A stretch of DNA of 25,841 bases from a virus. Lineage: Duplodnaviria; Caudoviricetes. The notes below the pieces were generated by a model, which was not told where the DNA came from, ran no database searches, and saw nothing but the letters and a program-made list of their open reading frames with translations. Positions 25,380-25,841 of the stretch are shown here, piece after piece. The translations under genes were made by a program, and so were the position numbers. Every line of letters begins with the position of its first letter. Within the stretch, counting starts at the first letter, position 1. Location of the stretch: the IMG/VR virus record IMGVR_UViG_3300040985_000507, positions 1-25,841 of that record; one strand, 5' to 3'.

Positions 25380-25664
25380 ATGATTGAAAATATAAAATTT
25401 ACCTCACCAGAAGACATTTCTTTTAGCATAGGAAGTCAGAGCTTTTCTGTTAGTGAAGGAACGGCAGCCTATCGCAAGCATGTTCAACCCTATCTTGATT
25501 CTGGCAACACTATTCCCGCATGGGCTGAACCAGAGCTTACATGGGAAGAAAAGCGCATTGAAGAATACGGGAAAGTAACAGACCAACTTGACGAGATTTA
25601 TCACGACATTGATGCTTGGAAAACGAGGATAGCAGGCGTTAAAACTAAACATTCAAAACCATAA
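25380..25664 (+). CDS. Putative tail-fibre-associated / assembly chaperone protein
   Basis: KRIEEY..DQLDEIYHDIDAWK..I..VK.K..KP C-terminal motif recurrent next to fibre genes. Confidence 0.6.
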   Translation: MIENIKFTSPEDISFSIGSQSFSVSEGTAAYRKHVQPYLDSGNTIPAWAEPELTWEEKRIEEYGKVTDQLDEIYHDIDAWKTRIAGVKTKHSKP

Positions 25665-25684
25665 CAGGATAATTGTTACAGACC

Positions 25685-25821
25685 ATGAAAAACGTAAAAC
25701 ATTATAAAAAAGATGGCAAACTTTTTACTGGTAAAACGCATAAGCATAATGGTCAGTTAATGAGTGGTGCTAAAATGAGCAAAAATTCTAAAGACATTTT
25801 GCACTACGGCGAGTTAAGTGC
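25685..25821 (+). CDS. Small basic hypothetical protein, 3'-truncated (MKNVKHYKKDGKLFTGKTHKHNGQLMSGAKMSKNSKDILHYGELS...)
   Basis: ATG 25685 with an open frame up to the adapter sequence. Confidence 0.6.
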
Positions 25822-25841
25822 CTGTCTCTTATACACATCTG
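25822..25841 (+). other. Nextera/Tn5 mosaic-end adapter remnant (library artefact)
   Basis: Exact CTGTCTCTTATACACATCT(G) at the contig end. Confidence 0.97.

Noticed and set aside
1127-25652. Numerous short (60-143 aa) minus-strand and alternate-frame ORFs in the ORF track
   Set aside because: All are nested within or overlap well-supported + strand genes and show no recognisable motifs
25822-25840. Tn5/IS50 end as a real mobile element
   Set aside because: It is the engineered mosaic end at the very contig terminus and no transposase is present, so it is a library artefact
24032-25841. Diversity-generating retroelement targeting the tail fibre
   Set aside because: No reverse transcriptase and no template/variable repeat pair seen in the window

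Overview
This 25.8-kb window is a fragment of a tailed phage or prophage genome with P22/lambdoid-like gene order, almost all on the + strand. From left to right it carries a divergent promoter region, two HTH genes and a structured RNA leader. Next come a replication initiator with an internal origin and a nin-like region (NinB-like, N4-cytosine-type MTase, DUF1364-like, VRR-NUC-like nuclease). These are followed by a Q-like antiterminator and terminator, a ParB-MTase, TerS/TerL, a P22-type portal, scaffold and coat, head-tail proteins, four putative ejection proteins, and a tail fibre with its chaperone. The main non-standard items are: (1) a two-gene cargo cassette between portal and scaffold, including an ADP-ribosyltransferase-like plus ParB/Srx-like protein, sharing G-[IVL]-L-G motifs with the ejection proteins; (2) a PAPS-dependent sulfotransferase translationally coupled into the head-tail operon; (3) an unannotated 28-aa (KKKAT)n histone-H1-like peptide; (4) an RNA leader whose hairpin loop is complementary to the initiator's Shine-Dalgarno region; (5) twin bulged hairpins covering the RBS of the first late gene and the scaffold gene; and (6) Arg in place of the Walker A Lys in TerL. 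The last 20 nt are Nextera/Tn5 adapter. All product calls come from motif recognition and synteny; no database search was run.
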